A DNA stretch of 64,000 nucleotides. Origin: Octopus vulgaris (lineage: Eukaryota). The stretch's first letter is position 1, and every line of letters starts with the position of its first letter. Positions 23,119 through 38,400 of this stretch are shown piece after piece. The DNA lies in the NCBI GenBank assembly GCA_951406725.2, contig OX597830.1, positions 22,134,001-22,198,000 on the forward strand, read 5' to 3'. Both the position numbers and the translations under genes were made by a program. The notes below the pieces were generated by a model. That model was not told the DNA's origin and ran no database searches. It worked only from the letters and a program-made list of their open reading frames with translations.

Positions 23119-23459
23119 TTAAGCATCAAAACAAGGCTGTTGCATTCGACCACCCATGTTATTACCACCAAAATTACCACCACCATGTGTATTCATCATC
23201 ATCCCACCTTGTGACTGAGAGCTGCTAAACATGTTACCAGGTCTCGAGTTCTGCCCCATCCCTTCATTGTTACCGGGTCTACCATTGTCAACAAATGCTC
23301 CTGTGGCATTATGGCCAGTTGTGTTCATGGAATCCCCAAGCCACCGGCCATTGGATCGGTTCATGCCACTGTTGCCAACGTTTCCTTGCATGTGGGACCA
23401 GTTGTCCACTTTCCTATCTACACCGCCAGAACCCCAAGGTCTCTGGTCAGGTCCACCAA
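23119..23459 (-). CDS. SAFB: SAFB-like copy A exon 20 (G/N/M-rich C-terminus, stop)
   Basis: tttcag| acceptor; [13 protein letters not shown]...[11 protein letters not shown] then TAA at 23119-23121. Confidence 0.87.
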
Positions 23460-26400
23460 CTGAAAGGAAGAAAATATAATTTTAAAACAGAACAATGAGA
23501 GATGACTAAAAAGCAAAAGGTTCATGAATATACAGATAGAGATATGGAAAAGAATACAGCTGAGGTGATGTACTAAGAAACATAAACTGATGCAAGCTAG
23601 AGAATAATATATATATATACAAAATAAGAAAATGGAGGAATAGATTTCTTTCAATCATCAACTTACAGATAATACCAATTCATATAATTTATTAACTAAT
23701 TATTTAGATTAAATAGGAACATCCAAATCCAACAGAATAAGATAGAATAAAACAATATACATCAATAAGTAAGATACGCAGAGGAAAGGACGCAATTGGA
23801 GAAAGGGATAGAGAAATAGACAGTTTCAGATAAATATATACAGTAAGAAAACAATGAAAACTTACCAGGAGAACTTCTCACTCGGCCTAATCTATCATGA
23901 GCTGAAATATTTCGTCTGTCAGAATCTCGTCCTTGATCAGAGCTAATGAATCTTTCTCGACTTAGTCCTGTATCTCTTCTGAATTCATAGGGTGTCCTGA
24001 AAATAGAGGTAAATTAAACACAAAGGTAGAAAATTATCTCAACACAGGCGTCTTCAGAAACCTATTCTATATATAATACTTTGATATCCTTATGGAAGTT
24101 GGTGTATACACCAATATTAAACTATGTGTCTATTGAGTGGATTTCCCTCCGATACACAAGGGTCTTGTGGTGATATTAAACAACAGATTAAGTGTACATT
24201 CAGTATACAAAGAGTATCAATAGTGCAACATAAACGATAAAAACCTTATGCACTATTGTACCCTGATGGAGTGAGTGTACCATAATGACAGAGATGGCTT
24301 AACAAATTTAAGAATGGCGATATCACTGATGAAACATCAGTCAGGAAGATCAATTGTTCTTGGTAATGACACAGTAAAAGCAGTAATTGAGGGGTTGTGT
24401 CATAGACTCAAACATGAAATTTTACGAACTTTGTCAAGAACATCTTAAAAATCTGGAAAAGTGTACAGAGAAGGAATTAGTATTTAACTAAAATACCTCA
24501 TGAAAACCACAACATTATTTTCCAGTATCCCTAATAAAATACTAATAAAAGAAAGAAGCCAACAAAATTACCGATTGAAATTTTCATCTGTTCGAGACCT
24601 GACATCCGTTCGTCTTTCATTTCGTTCACGAATATTTCGGACATGACTGACCTCTCTTCTCGTCATTTCTCTTTCTTTGCGTTCATCAAAGTGACCTCCA
24701 CCGTCCAAAGTTCTACTCTCCCTCCTCTCATAACACTCAACACGTCTTTCATCATCTGCATGCTCATATTCCCTATAGCTGAGAAATAAAAACACACGAA
24801 ATAAGACATGTAAATAAATTAATAAATACAAACACACACACAAGTACATATGAGAGATCAAAGTGAAGAAACGGAAATCTAACAGTTTCAGTAATAAGAA
24901 TGCCTCTGTCACACACAACTTACCGAGATTCGTTCTGGAATGGAAGTTCAAATCTAGAAGGGTTACTGGAATTGCTCATCCTGGATCGTTTTGGTTCATC
25001 CCATAATTCTTCCTCATAAGGTCTTTTCATGGAACGTCTCATTTCTTCTAACCTATGATTAAATAACAAAATGAAATGATGTTAACAATAAACAATGAAG
25101 GCGGTCACTAGTAAAAATACATTCACCTACAACTGGACAGTGAACAGCTTCAATTGGAGAGTAAAATGCCATAACAAGCTAATGAGAGACCCTGCTAGAA
25201 ACAGTAGCCACATCTACACCAATCTCTTACTAATGTCTTAAAAATGGTGCCACATTAAAAGCACCCAGTACATACTATGGAGTGGTTGGTGTTAGGAAGG
25301 GTAACCAGCCATAGAAACCATATCAAAATAGACAATGGAGCCTAGTGTGGCCCCTAGTCTTACCAGCTCTGGTCAAACCACCAAACCCATGCTAGCATGG
25401 AAAACAGACACATGATGAAGATATTGTGTAAAGCAGTTCTTTCACAGACACTGATTCAGATCACATTGAGTTAAGAGAAAAAATAATGTAATAATGTCTG
25501 TTTTACTCACCGCATCAGCTCAGCCCGATGTTGCTCTTCACGAACTCTCTCCCTTTCAAGAAACTCTTGTGCCAACTTATATCTTTCTGTTTGCAATAAC
25601 TCTTTTTCTAATCTCTGTCTCTCTCTCCTGTGAAAAAAATATAAAAACAGTATGAAGAGGACCAATAGATATTGTTATGTAATAGTAGACAAAACAGTTA
25701 TTCTTTGAAAATTCTTAATCATCTAATATAATAAATGTGAATGTCAGTGTGCCAGTGTGTCACACTTTTTCAACTTTACTCCTAGAGGCCATAGCCCAAC
25801 TTATCATACCATTATCATACTCTGTGAGTAAATTAAAAACATTCTGGGTCAGATCCAGACCTGCAATCCTGAAATTTTGGATTCCCAAGTTTTCATAACT
25901 GCAACTGTTTTCGGCAATATTTTTACGTGATTTTCTGTGACTAATTTTTTTGTACCATAACATTTTTTATAACTTGGAAATAAATTTTGGGAATAATTGA
26001 AATTTATTGCAAAATCCAGCAATTATTTTCGGCGAATTTTTTACATGATCTTTAACGATGAATATGTTTGGGATATGACTCCGGAGGAAGCAATTTCAAC
26101 AAATTCAACAAAACAAGCCAGAGATCTGTTTGCAGATCTTCCTATTTTGTGTCAGTAGATTAAAAGACACCTCATAGGGCCTTTAAGCTAATACACCATA
26201 AGTATGGAAACAAGGTGTATTAAATAGTACAGTAAGTGTAAACATTAAATAGCTAAATTTTTACAAACTTTCAACAGACCTTAAATCCTCCCTAACTCTC
26301 TCCAATTTAAGAGCTTTTTCTTTCTGTTTCCTATCAAAATCTTGCTGAAGCGAACGAGCCTGATCAAGCTTTCTCAAATGACGCCTCTCCTGTTCTTTAA

Positions 26401-29400
26401 GACGCCTTCGTCTCTGATGTAAACGTTGTCGTTCTCTTTCCTTCTGTCAAGAAATTTGGTGGAGTTTTTGTTTTTATTTTCATAATATGGAATATGAAAT
26501 GAGAATGATTTTTTTAAATAGCAAAGAATTAAACAGACAACATAAAATGTACAAAACCAAACCACATAAATACAGAAAAAACCCCACATATACCTTAGAA
26601 AGGTTATGTAATATAGATTATGACATGTCAAAAGATAAAACCTACACTAATATAACAATATGTCTGACAACTTACAGACTTTATGTTCTGTTATAGACAA
26701 TGACATCATAAAACCTTCTTATCTTCTGATATAGAACAAAAGAATTCCTTGCTTTACACCCATGCATTTTCCACCTCTTGCTAATGACTCAACCAGTGGA
26801 ATAAGTTTTATCAATCAATGAAACTTGAGTAAGCAGAATTATGCAATACGTTGTAGCAAATAGGACACAACATAACAGCTGCAGAAAGATTTGAACTTCT
26901 AATCGTGTTGCCAGTAGTCCAGTACTTTATCCTCAAACCCACTGTGCTTCTATTCTCATAAAATAATATTTCACCTACTTTCATCCAATCTGGTTTGAAA
27001 TGTCTTCACATATTCTATACTGCAACAGCATCACTGAAGCATCCACCTAAGATTACATCTCAGTTTTGCTACACTCTAAAACTTTGATTGAGAAACACCA
27101 CATTTCAAAAGAACACACTGACTAGTGATCACTTTCAGAGTAACTCTAGTTTCAGCCTGACATCAATGATAACACATTAATTTTGGGTGGAGTAATTAAA
27201 TGTTATTCATTCTAGTTTCAAAACAGCATTTTTTAAAATTCTATTATACTTAAGTCAATTGTCTGACAGCCTCAACTAAACACTTATATGACATCCATTA
27301 AACACACTAAGAAGCACAAACATAAAATCATACGTACTTTTATTTGATCAAATGATAAAATATCTTTCTTGGCAGAAGAGGTAGTAGACCCCTGTGATTT
27401 AGGCTTTGGTGTACCAGAAGCCTTCTCTTTGATGCTTGCTGATGATGGAGATGCAGGCTTTGCACTTTTCTCAGAGTCTTCTTTTGTAGCTGGCTTCAAA
27501 CTTGTTGTTGGTTTAGCTGTACTTTTATTTGGTGTAGTCACATGAGTTTTATCTGAAACATTTTCACAAAGTAAGTCATCAAAACAACTTACAAATAGAA
27601 ATACAAGAAAAGTAGTCAAATTTATCCCCAACAAATTTTATCAGTATAATCAAGCAGGATAAATATTAGATTGAGGAAAAAGTTCATGCGCTGTGTTAAA
27701 ATAATGCTTTTTTATATATTTTTGTGATGTGTGTGAGTTCATTCAGTTCACTATTTTAACACAGTGCACAAACTTTTTCCTCAACCTAATAGTACAATAT
27801 TGTCTTCAGGGCAGTAAGTCTTGGACAAAGCATGCATGCACACACATACACACACACATGCATTTGATTAAACTTTTAGAGACTGACCTGATGGTTTATG
27901 ATGACTGCTGCTGTTGCAAGGAAGTTTTTTATCATCTTTCCTGCTGGATGTCTTCCTATCTTTGTCGCTTCTCCTGCTGGATATTCTCCTGTATTTATCA
28001 TCCCTTCTGTTGAGCAGTCGCTTGTCTTTGTCATCTTTCTTTGGCTCCTTTTTGTCAACTTTTTTCACTCCTTCTTTCTTATCACCAACTTTTTTCTCTG
28101 TAAAAAATAAAACAACACACATACAAACACAGTTAGAATCTATATACATTCACTCATACATACAGAAACATATAGTACCAACTGAATAGTTAGGTACTAA
28201 TCTATTTTATATTCAATCAATATAGAGCCCTCTGGATCGTATACATAGTGATTTTGTTAAATTTACTGCTTAGTAACATTAATCATTTTGTTACCATATT
28301 TCTGTGGGGATATGCTTGCTGGCTTTGTTTAAATTAATTTTCAGAGAATTGAAGAATTTAGCCAAATAACTTATTAAGTTAATGTTTGAAACAAATGAAC
28401 ATTTGAAGGATGGTTTTAACTTGGTTCACTCTAAAATAATAAAATCTTATCATAGAGCCAAGAATGGTCTCAGGCAGGTTCATATCAAAAAGATTAAACA
28501 CCAAGATCATCTACAAATCGCTCCATTAGAGCAATTTGTAGATGATCCCTATTAGAATTCTGTTACTAAATTTTATAAGCAGTACAAACATCAATCTCTG
28601 AAAGAAATCTTACCGTCTTTCTTCACTTCAGCCTTTTCTCCTTTTTTTTCTGCAGTTTTTGTTTCTGGCATTTTAATTATCTGAGCTCCCGGTTCATTTC
28701 TAGCCTAAAAAGAAAACAAAAAACATTACATCTCTACACTACTAGTTTACTGCTAATGTCTTCATCATATATTACATACATAACACTCCTCATATATTCT
28801 CCAGTATATCTCACACAAAACCACCATCATAAAAACCACCAAAATAGTAGCAGCATTAATCATTTCATTAACCCTTATGTTACAAAATTTCTATTGCAAC
28901 ACACTGATATTGTTTCATTTAATTTTGAAAATAATGAAGAATTTAGTAATATAACCTTATCATTAATGGAACATAAATTAACATGAAGTTTTGATTGAAA
29001 GGTTTTAATTTAGATCATTTTAAAATAGAAAGTTAGTATTCTAGGACCAAGAGAGGTCTAAGGAGGATTAGTATCTAAAAGGATTAAGAGATCAAATTGG
29101 TATAGCTGTAAGGGGTTTATGAGAGTGCTTAGCAATATTTGTTCCAGCTACCTGCGCACTAAGTTCACATTATGCCAAAGTCAACTTCACCTTCCAACCT
29201 TTCACGGCCAATCCGGTTCAGAGGGACAGAACTGTTAGTGTTGAACAAAATGCTTGCAACACTTGTTTCTGGTCCTTTGCATTCTAAAATGATGTTTGTG
29301 AAGGCACTAGTAGAGAGCTTTGGTGTCCTCAAAAACAGTGTTTTTTTTTTCTCCTTACCATAACATTGGTGATATGGAAAGAGAAAACATGCATGTGTGG

Positions 29401-32400
29401 ACAACACACAAAATAAAAAGGTCAACCTTGATAGGCAAAGAACCTTAAAAAAAATAACCTTATAAGTTTCAAATACTAGAGATAAAAAAGAGGAGTTCAC
29501 TTGGCCCACGTCTGCATAAAAGAAATGTACAGACACCACAATCTGCAGCAAAAACAACCTGTCTTGAAAAGAAATGACAAGTAAGAACTGACACAGAGAA
29601 GTTCTTAATTTCCAGTGGCATGATAAATGCACCTGCGCTACACTGTAAAGTGGTTGGTGACAGAAAGGATGACTTGCTATTAAGGCCACACTAAAAACTA
29701 AACATGACTAACACAATAGTAATGCAAGCAGTCTTGAGTATTGCTGCTGGTCCAGATGACGAAGGACTGTAACAAGTAGCAAGATGCTAGGAGTCCTACC
29801 TAACTGATGTCAATATGGAAAAATTGGTGTAAAAACGATGATACGTAAACTGCTACAACACACCTCATACAATAAACTTCTACAAATCACAATGTCAATG
29901 TGATCATCACCCAGACAGAAGAATGGTAGGTATACAAAGAGTGCTGGATCTATGGATTATATCCAATAACTCAATCAACCACCTACACCCAACATGTTTC
30001 TTTGATCATATGACTGGTGCCACAGAACAACATCTACAACAGTACATTATGCTTCATCATCATCATCATCATCATTTAGTGTCCATTTGAAATTCTGGCA
30101 TGGGTCTGACTGGGACTGGTAAGTCAGAGAGCTGCACCAGGCTCCAGTCTGGTTTGTCTTAGTTTCTACAGTTGGATGCCCTTACTAACGCTAACCACTC
30201 CAAGATTTTAGCAGGTGCCTTTAATGTGACACTGGCAATGGTGCCTTTTACATCTCACCGGCACTGACCACGACTACAATTTCACTTGGCTTGATACGTC
30301 TTCTCAAGCACAGCAAATCGTCAAAGGTCTTGTTCACTTGTCATCGCCTCTGTGTTTATCATTTAAATACATACACATATATATATATCCACCACACATT
30401 ACTCATATAGGAGTAGTTTATTGAAACATATCTATAGCTTACATACACATCAGTCCTTTCAGAGGTACCAAGCAGCACTGATGCTTCCAGAAAAATCTTG
30501 GTTTATTGCCCTCACTGTAGCATAACATCTTTCTTCCATTATCCTTGTTGCCATCAAACCAAGTGCAGCTGTAGTCACCCAAACTATGCAATAACAATAT
30601 TGTTTTATTATTCACTAAGGGTTTATTCTTTGCACTCAGTTTCAAACCTTCTCTCACAGGCATCTGTTACATCCCTAATGAAGCACTTTCTGCTTCCCTC
30701 TCATGCATCACAGCTCTGTTCCTTCTTGATTCTTATACCAGCTATGAATTAACAGCATTCCAATACTAATGCAAGCACTCTGCCCCACATATTACCTTCG
30801 AGTGTGTGTGTTTGCACCAGTTTACAATCACAAAACAGATTAATTTCAGTGCAACCATACACTTAATGACTATCTGACAACCTGGTCTATAGACAAAACA
30901 ATGAACTTGGGATAACTCACCCTTTCAACGGATATCATACGGCCATGCAGTTCAGTCTGATTCAAATGTTGAATACATTTAGTAGCTTCATGTGAAGAAG
31001 ACATAGTTACAAAACCATAACATCGAGCACCAGGGCTCCGTGCATTTGTCACTACTTTGGCACCAACAACCTGTTGCAAAAACAAAAACAAAATATAAAC
31101 CTTTTTTTAAAATCTAAAAATTTATACTTGAAAATTTACTTTGATATATATTCAATACTCATCAACACTGCCAATACAGAGGGCTTCCCAACCACATGGT
31201 TACAGGTTCAGTCCCACAGCATAGCACTTTGGATGACTGTCTTCTACTATAGCCCCAAATCTACAAAATCCTTGTAATGTATTTGGTAGAAACTGAAGGA
31301 AGCCTGTGGTATATACGTGCATATGTCTGTGTGAGTGTTTATTTGTGTCTCTCCTTGTTTTGACAGTGTATAATAGTTGTGAACAAGTGTCACTTCCAAA
31401 TAAATAGTACCATTAACTTCCAATATTATGTCAAAAAATGTCTAGCCATGAAGAAATATTACTTTCACTGGAATCAGATGAGGGTTGGCAACAGAAAGAT
31501 GCATCAGGCCATAAATCAGCCTCAATAAACTCCACCTGACCCATGCTTGGAAGCAAGAAGGTTACTATAGGTTAAGAACATTAAATGTTTTCAGCAGATA
31601 TTTAGCATGGCTGCGTGGACAAGTATGCTTCTGAAATTCCTAAATCCAGGTTTGCTTTCAATCTATGACATCTAGGGAAAGTGTATTCCACCATAGCTGC
31701 AGGATGAGCAATGCCATGTAGGTAAAATTTGGTTGACAGAAATTGTGTGGAAGCTCTTCATATAGATGAGTACATGTATATCATTCATTGATGTACATTG
31801 GTAAGAAAACCAATAAATCAGTAGATTCAAACAAAAATCTTTGGTAATTATTTGCTCAGGTTGTACAGACATTCCCATGTCACTCTGAACAATGTAAATA
31901 AAGTAAATAAATAAGCTAGTTAGACAATTATTATCAATAATGCTGATGGTTTAAAAATGTGTGATATTTTATATTTATGTGTGTGTGTGTAGAAAGATAT
32001 GTGATTTATATCATCATTTAATGTCCCCTTAATACCAGTATGGGTTGGACAGTTTGACTAGAGTTGGCCAGGTAGGAGCCTGCACCATGCTTCTGTGTCT
32101 GTTTTGGCATAGCTTTTATGGCTAGATGCCCTTCCTAACACCACCCACTCTGCTAAGTGGGCTGAGTGCTTTTTACTTGGTACTTGTACAGGTGAGGTCA
32201 GTTTTGGCATGTTTTTTTACAGCTGGATGCCCTTCCAAATGCCAACCACTTTACAGTGTGGACTGGGTGCTTTTTAAGTGACACCTGCACTGGCAGGGTC
32301 ACCAAGTAACTTTGCAAGACAAAGAATCTTTGAGAGAGAACAGGACATTGGAGAGGTGATCTTGTGTCAGGTGACGGAAGGTTAGAGTGAGACAGAAAGA

Positions 32401-35400
32401 CAGAAGCAGATGTCTTGTTGTAGAGGAGGTACATAGTTACCCAGCCAGAGAGACAAGATGAGGGGGAGAGGAAGAGAGCAAGAGAGGGAAAGAAGATGCA
32501 ATATATATATATCAATAACAGAGGAGTTACAGGAAGCTAGCTGGTTGCTATAGCAACACCTCTCCATGCATGTCCACTCCACACATGCACATCAGCAACA
32601 TTCATCTATTTCTTGAAAATGGGGTCATAACCCCAAAATATTGAATACAAGGTAAGTCTACATTAATTCACATATTTGTTTTCTTGTGATTTACCTTGCA
32701 TTTACTTCGCATTGTTTTGGCCTTACCCACAATCCTTTATACAATATTTATATATACATATACATATATACTAGATGTACCCACTGTAACCTGTTGGGCC
32801 ACAACCACTCTGAGTTGAATGCATGGAAGGAAAGAAAAAATACTATTTTGAATTTCATGAAATAAAATTCTTAAATAATACAGTTCTACTACCTTTGGTG
32901 TGATAACATGAACACAACCAAATGTTTCTTATTTGAAAATGTTCAAATGGCCTTCAACGTTTTTTTCCCGCCTTCTTTTTTGCCATTCTTTGCTACTGCT
33001 GTTCCAAGTGAAATACATGGGTACTTAAGCATAAAGTAATGTTTTTGCAAAGTCATCATTGATGCACAATGAAAAGAATTCTGTCAATGTTGTTTTCATA
33101 TATTGTTCATTGACAGATATATTTATCCTCATTATTTCTGAGCAATATCCTTTGTTCATCTGGTAGATGAACTTGCAGCCTCACTACTGCAGGTGCTCTT
33201 TCATGAATCAAAAATCCTAAAATGGATGCAACTGCTTTGGATAGTTCAATATATCTACCCATTAGATATTGACTAATTTCGTTATCATTGTTTATTCGAA
33301 CAGCTGCTAGGTCATTTCATTTCAGTGTGTACTTGATGATGTACTTAACTGACCTCTCTGAGGCATCAATCTCAATGTTGCAGTGGCATTCGAATGCTCT
33401 TAAAAGAGTTTCATTATAAGGTACAACTCAGTTGTTGTTTGTTTTCCCATTCTTTTGAGATTCAACTCCTTCCATTGCAACTGATCAGAAAGGGATAGTC
33501 TCTCTGTCTGTTTTTCTGCCGTTTGATTAAGATGATAAAGATTAATATTTTATTTTAAATAAAATAGTAATTTTCCCCTTTAAGAAAAAAAAAATCAAGT
33601 ACCTGTTAACATCAATAAAAATTACAGAAAGGAGACACAACAGATATCATTCAGCATACCTTGCCATATGTGGTAAAAAGCTTCTTAAGGTCTGTAGCAC
33701 GGGTACTTGAAGCAAGACCACTGACCCACAAATTCCGACTGTTTTGGTTGTTGCCTTTTAAATACAGAAATGCATCAATAAATATGAAAAGAGGGATGAA
33801 GGTCCAAATTTCAAATATTTCAATCTGTAGAAATAAGCTGAGAAAGCAAGGAAAAAAAATATCAGGAAATGTGGTACGAGAAAAAAATAACAACTTACTT
33901 TTGATGCTTTTGAGAACTTTGGGCTTAGAATCGGAAGAACTGCAACAATAAAATAATCATTTAGAAATATTACAATCATCAATAATGAACGTTATGCAAT
34001 TGAATTGCAACATTATTTCATGATAAGCATAAATATAAATGGAACTAGCAAACACACAGAATACCACTTTATGTTAGGGACTTCAATCTAAACATATGCA
34101 GAGTTATGTACAAGAGTGAACAAAGTATGAATGTTTGTTTGTGTGTGTGTGTGTATGAGGGGGTACCCAAAAGTAACTATAAAGATTCTCTGTTGGACAA
34201 GCCTGGTGTAGTTCAGGCTTCTGTCACTAGAAGTCACTTGATGCAACCCTTAGGCATCAGTCTGCTGACTGGCGGCATCAGGTTACGTTGAGCTGCCATG
34301 TAGTGCATCTTTGTTTTGCTGTGTTTCTCCAGTTTGTCAATTTTTGCAATGAAGGAACAGCATGCTTCCATAAAATTCTGTTCTCTGCTGAGGCAAACAG
34401 TTGCTGAATAGCTGTCATGCTTCAAACAGATTACAAGGACATCGCCATGAGCATAGCACAAGTTTACAAGTCACTTGTTGCTTAACAACCAACCTCATTC
34501 AGGGTGACCATTGACACCCGCCCTACCTGAACAAATGAAAACAGCACAAAAATTCATGAACGAGGACCACTACCGAACAATTAACGAACTTGTTGATATG
34601 ACTGGGGTGTTCTGGAGCTCCTGCCAATGAATTTTGAGTGAGGAATTCCAAATGTTACAGCGAAATTTAGGCCTTGCTTGCTCATGGAATATCAAAAGCA
34701 GTCAGGACTGAATGTGTGCCATGAACTAAAAGAACAGTTGAAAGTTGGTCTTGCTCCCTGCGACCTTTTTTTGTTTCCCTGAATGTAAAATGTCCTTAAA
34801 GGAAAATGTTTTGCAAATGTGGAAGAGGAGAAAAAAACAACGGAGGTGTTGAAAGGCATCACTTTGCAAGAGTTCCAGGACTGCTTCAAACAGTAGAAAA
34901 TGCATCTGGACTGACGTATTGCTTCAAATGGATAATATTTTGAAGGTGACAGAGGTGCAAACATGCAAAACTAAGTGAGTAAAATAATATTACAAAACTC
35001 TGGTTTCTTTTGGGTACCCCCTCGTTTATATATAAACACACACACACAGAAAATCTTCATAAAACAAGTGACAATTATGTAAGGGAGAAAGAACAAATGT
35101 AACAACATAACTTCAACAAATGTTATACCCACCTAGTTAATATTTTTATCATTACTATCAAATTAATATTGTATGTAGGGGAAATGTGATGATGAAAGAA
35201 GCTTACCTGATATAAAATGTGCTTTTGTACATTTATTACCCCATTTCAGGTATAAATGAATACAAAAACCACTGATTTCAAACGAAGATATCGGTTAAGA
35301 TCATAAATGGGTTACCTAAATTAACTAACAACTGACACCACACATCAAGTGACTAACACTTATGAAGAAAAATGTACGAAAAGACAAGAACTATAGTCTT

Positions 35401-38400
35401 CATGAAGCTAAAAAGAGGTCAGCAAGCAATGTGGAATTCCCTAAACATTAACTGCTAATTTAGCAGGAACATGGCTGGAATACAGGAACCAGGCTTTCCA
35501 AGCATTTTCCAGTTTGTATTTTGGCAGAAAAATTATTAATTATCTAACATCCGTAAAGTTGTGTCTTTTTAGTCTTGAAAACTCAGGATCCCTCCTCTTC
35601 ATCTGCTTCAATTGTTGTTGCCATCTTCATCCAAACAGACATTTTTGCTTCTTGACATTGGTTAATCTGTTCCCATGGATAATACTTCAGCAATTTGGTT
35701 AATCTCCTAATGTCTGAGATTGAGCACATGTAATTAATAACATTCCAATTGAGATTCCTGAACCCCAGCCGACCCCCTAAACCATTTGCTGGCCCCTTTT
35801 TATTTCATGAACTATAGCTCACAATAACCATCTAAAAGATAATGAATATTTCCTAATATAAGCAGCGCAACATTATCTAACAATAATCTTCATTGGTATC
35901 ATCCATCACATCTCAACTTAAACACTCATACTATAATAATCTCTTATGAGGCTGTAGCAGACAACCCAGGAGAAAATATGGGTTTTTAATTCTTTCATTT
36001 TTGTTTCAGATATCAGAAACTAATGAAAAGTTATGTCAAATAGGTTTTGGTCAATTATAACCCAGGCTAAGATGTGAATAAGAGTTTTCCACAGAACAAT
36101 CTTTACAGTAGATTTTCCTGTTTTATGAAGAAGACTAGGAAAATATCTACCATTATTATAATTAGTAGTTTGAACCTGAATCTAACAACCAAACCACACA
36201 CACACAAACACTCACATATTCTGTTTTAAAATAACTCACGATTAGCCATGAGAGGATGTTCTTTGAAGAAAACCTACTTAAACAGGTTAACTTAAGGTTT
36301 AAGAAAATCTGTTCCCATTGGCAGTTGTAGACCCCAGTTGCAGTCAAGATGTCAACATCTGTTACCGAGAAGTAAGATCATTTAACTAATGACATCTTTG
36401 AATCAAAGCAGTGGGAAAGATGACATGAAAACCAACCTCTTCGACTTTACATCTTTATCATCTTTCTTTTCATCAGCCTTCTTCTCAGTTTGCCCTCCTT
36501 CTGTTTTACCTTTAGCCCTTTCTTCAACTTTGCTTCCATCTGTTTTCTTCGCTTCAGTTTTGCCACGCACTTTGTCCTTTGATGCCACAAGATCAGCATC
36601 TAAATCATTCTGTGTATCGTCAACATGTACAATCAGTGATTCATTTTCTTCACCCTGTTGAGTGTTGGAAGTGTCCATACTGACTGTGTCTTTTAATGCA
36701 AATGGTGCTTTACGTTTAACTCTTGGTGTTGAAGGTAAACTTTCCGAGACAGCTGTTTTGGCCACCTTATCTCCTTTAATTTCATTACATTTCTGTGATG
36801 TTGTGCTTTTCACACTGGCTGATGAGGATGATTTTTCGCTATTTTCTTCTTTTGAGTTATTCTCTGTGGATGAAGACATTTCACTGTTTCTTTTTTCTTT
36901 TGTATTATTCTCTGCTGACAAGGACATTTTATTGTCTTCTTCTTTTGTGTTATTCTCTGTTGATGTGGACATTTCACTCTTTTCTTCTTTTGTATTCGTC
37001 TCTGCAGATGAAGATGACTGTTCTGGCAATGCTACAGAAAGTTAATTTAGAATGAAATAGTTGATACGAAATGAAAACTTGTTAAACCTCACTCCACAAC
37101 AGACTGTGCTGTGTTGAGAGTTTAAATAGAAAATAAAGAAATAAAGAAAGAAAACATTACTAATAAAAGCTTTTGGTCTAGTAATCCTACAAGATCAATG
37201 GACTATATAAGCACTACAGCTAAAATACGGATAATAATTATACTTCACATACAACTTGTGTCAAATTTTCATTCCATATGTCTTCAACGGTATTGCACTC
37301 AGCACACATTCAAAGCATAGCAGAAATACAAAACATTGGACAAAACTATGGGCTCACAGAAAATAAACATGGATCTGGATATAATCTTGTACAATATACT
37401 AAAATTATCACACTCATATATGTGCTTGTATTACAGCATTTTCTCATGCTATTGTGAGTGGCATTGGTCAATTTGGACATTTACAGGTAAAGGAATGGCT
37501 GTGTGGTTATAAAGTTCACTTAGTAAATGCCTGATTTTGTCTTCCATTCCTCATCATGGCATGGCATCTTGAGCAAATGTCTTCTATGGCCTTGGTTGAT
37601 GGAAACTGTACAAAAATCCAATATATATATATATCCACACATACACACTCTACTTCTCTCGAATATACACATGTACATGTATATATTTGTGCATGTGTGT
37701 GAACCATGTGTCTTCACAGAGTCAATGCTTGAGCAACTGTGATGTTTTACTGCAAATGATGTGTTGTAACCTGGCAGTTATAAAACTGTGAGATCTAAGA
37801 AGATAAAACATATTTTACTTGTAAAACAAGTAAAGGGTGGCAAAAGGAAAGGCACCTGGCCATAGAAAATTACTTCAGTAAATCACATCCAATCTATGTC
37901 AATGTAGAAAAACTTGGTGTAAAAATGATAATGCACACCACTTATGCAATAGCTCGTAATTGATCAGAGAAACAATAAAATAGCTGTGGCAAGATTTAAA
38001 ACCCATGATCAAGTCATCAGTTGTTCAGATAACTAACATCTCAGTTGTTGTGCTTCATATATCCATCTTCTTCACTCACTATTCCTGGGAGGGTTAGGGG
38101 AGTAGAGTCCTCAGGCATCTGCAACTATCAGTATCCCTTTCTGGCTGGATTCCCAAGTGTGACTAGCTGAGACTTAGCCAACCATCACATTTACCGTCTA
38201 TGCCTTGGACTCCCATTGGTTGGCTTGGCTTGAAGAATCATTTTGCAATTCCTTTCTACAACCTACTAATTACATATCCATAGAACCAAAGCTGTGACTC
38301 TCAATAGGGAGAAGTAGCAGCATGACCTAGGCAGACATCCAAGCTATGCACCTTGTCAAGTAACATTACTCAGGAAATCCTTCAGAGGAACCCCATAAGA

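Noticed and set aside
29165-29689. 174-aa minus-strand ORF in intron 11
   Set aside because: No recognisable domain, overlaps SINE remnants, and is not needed for phase continuity.
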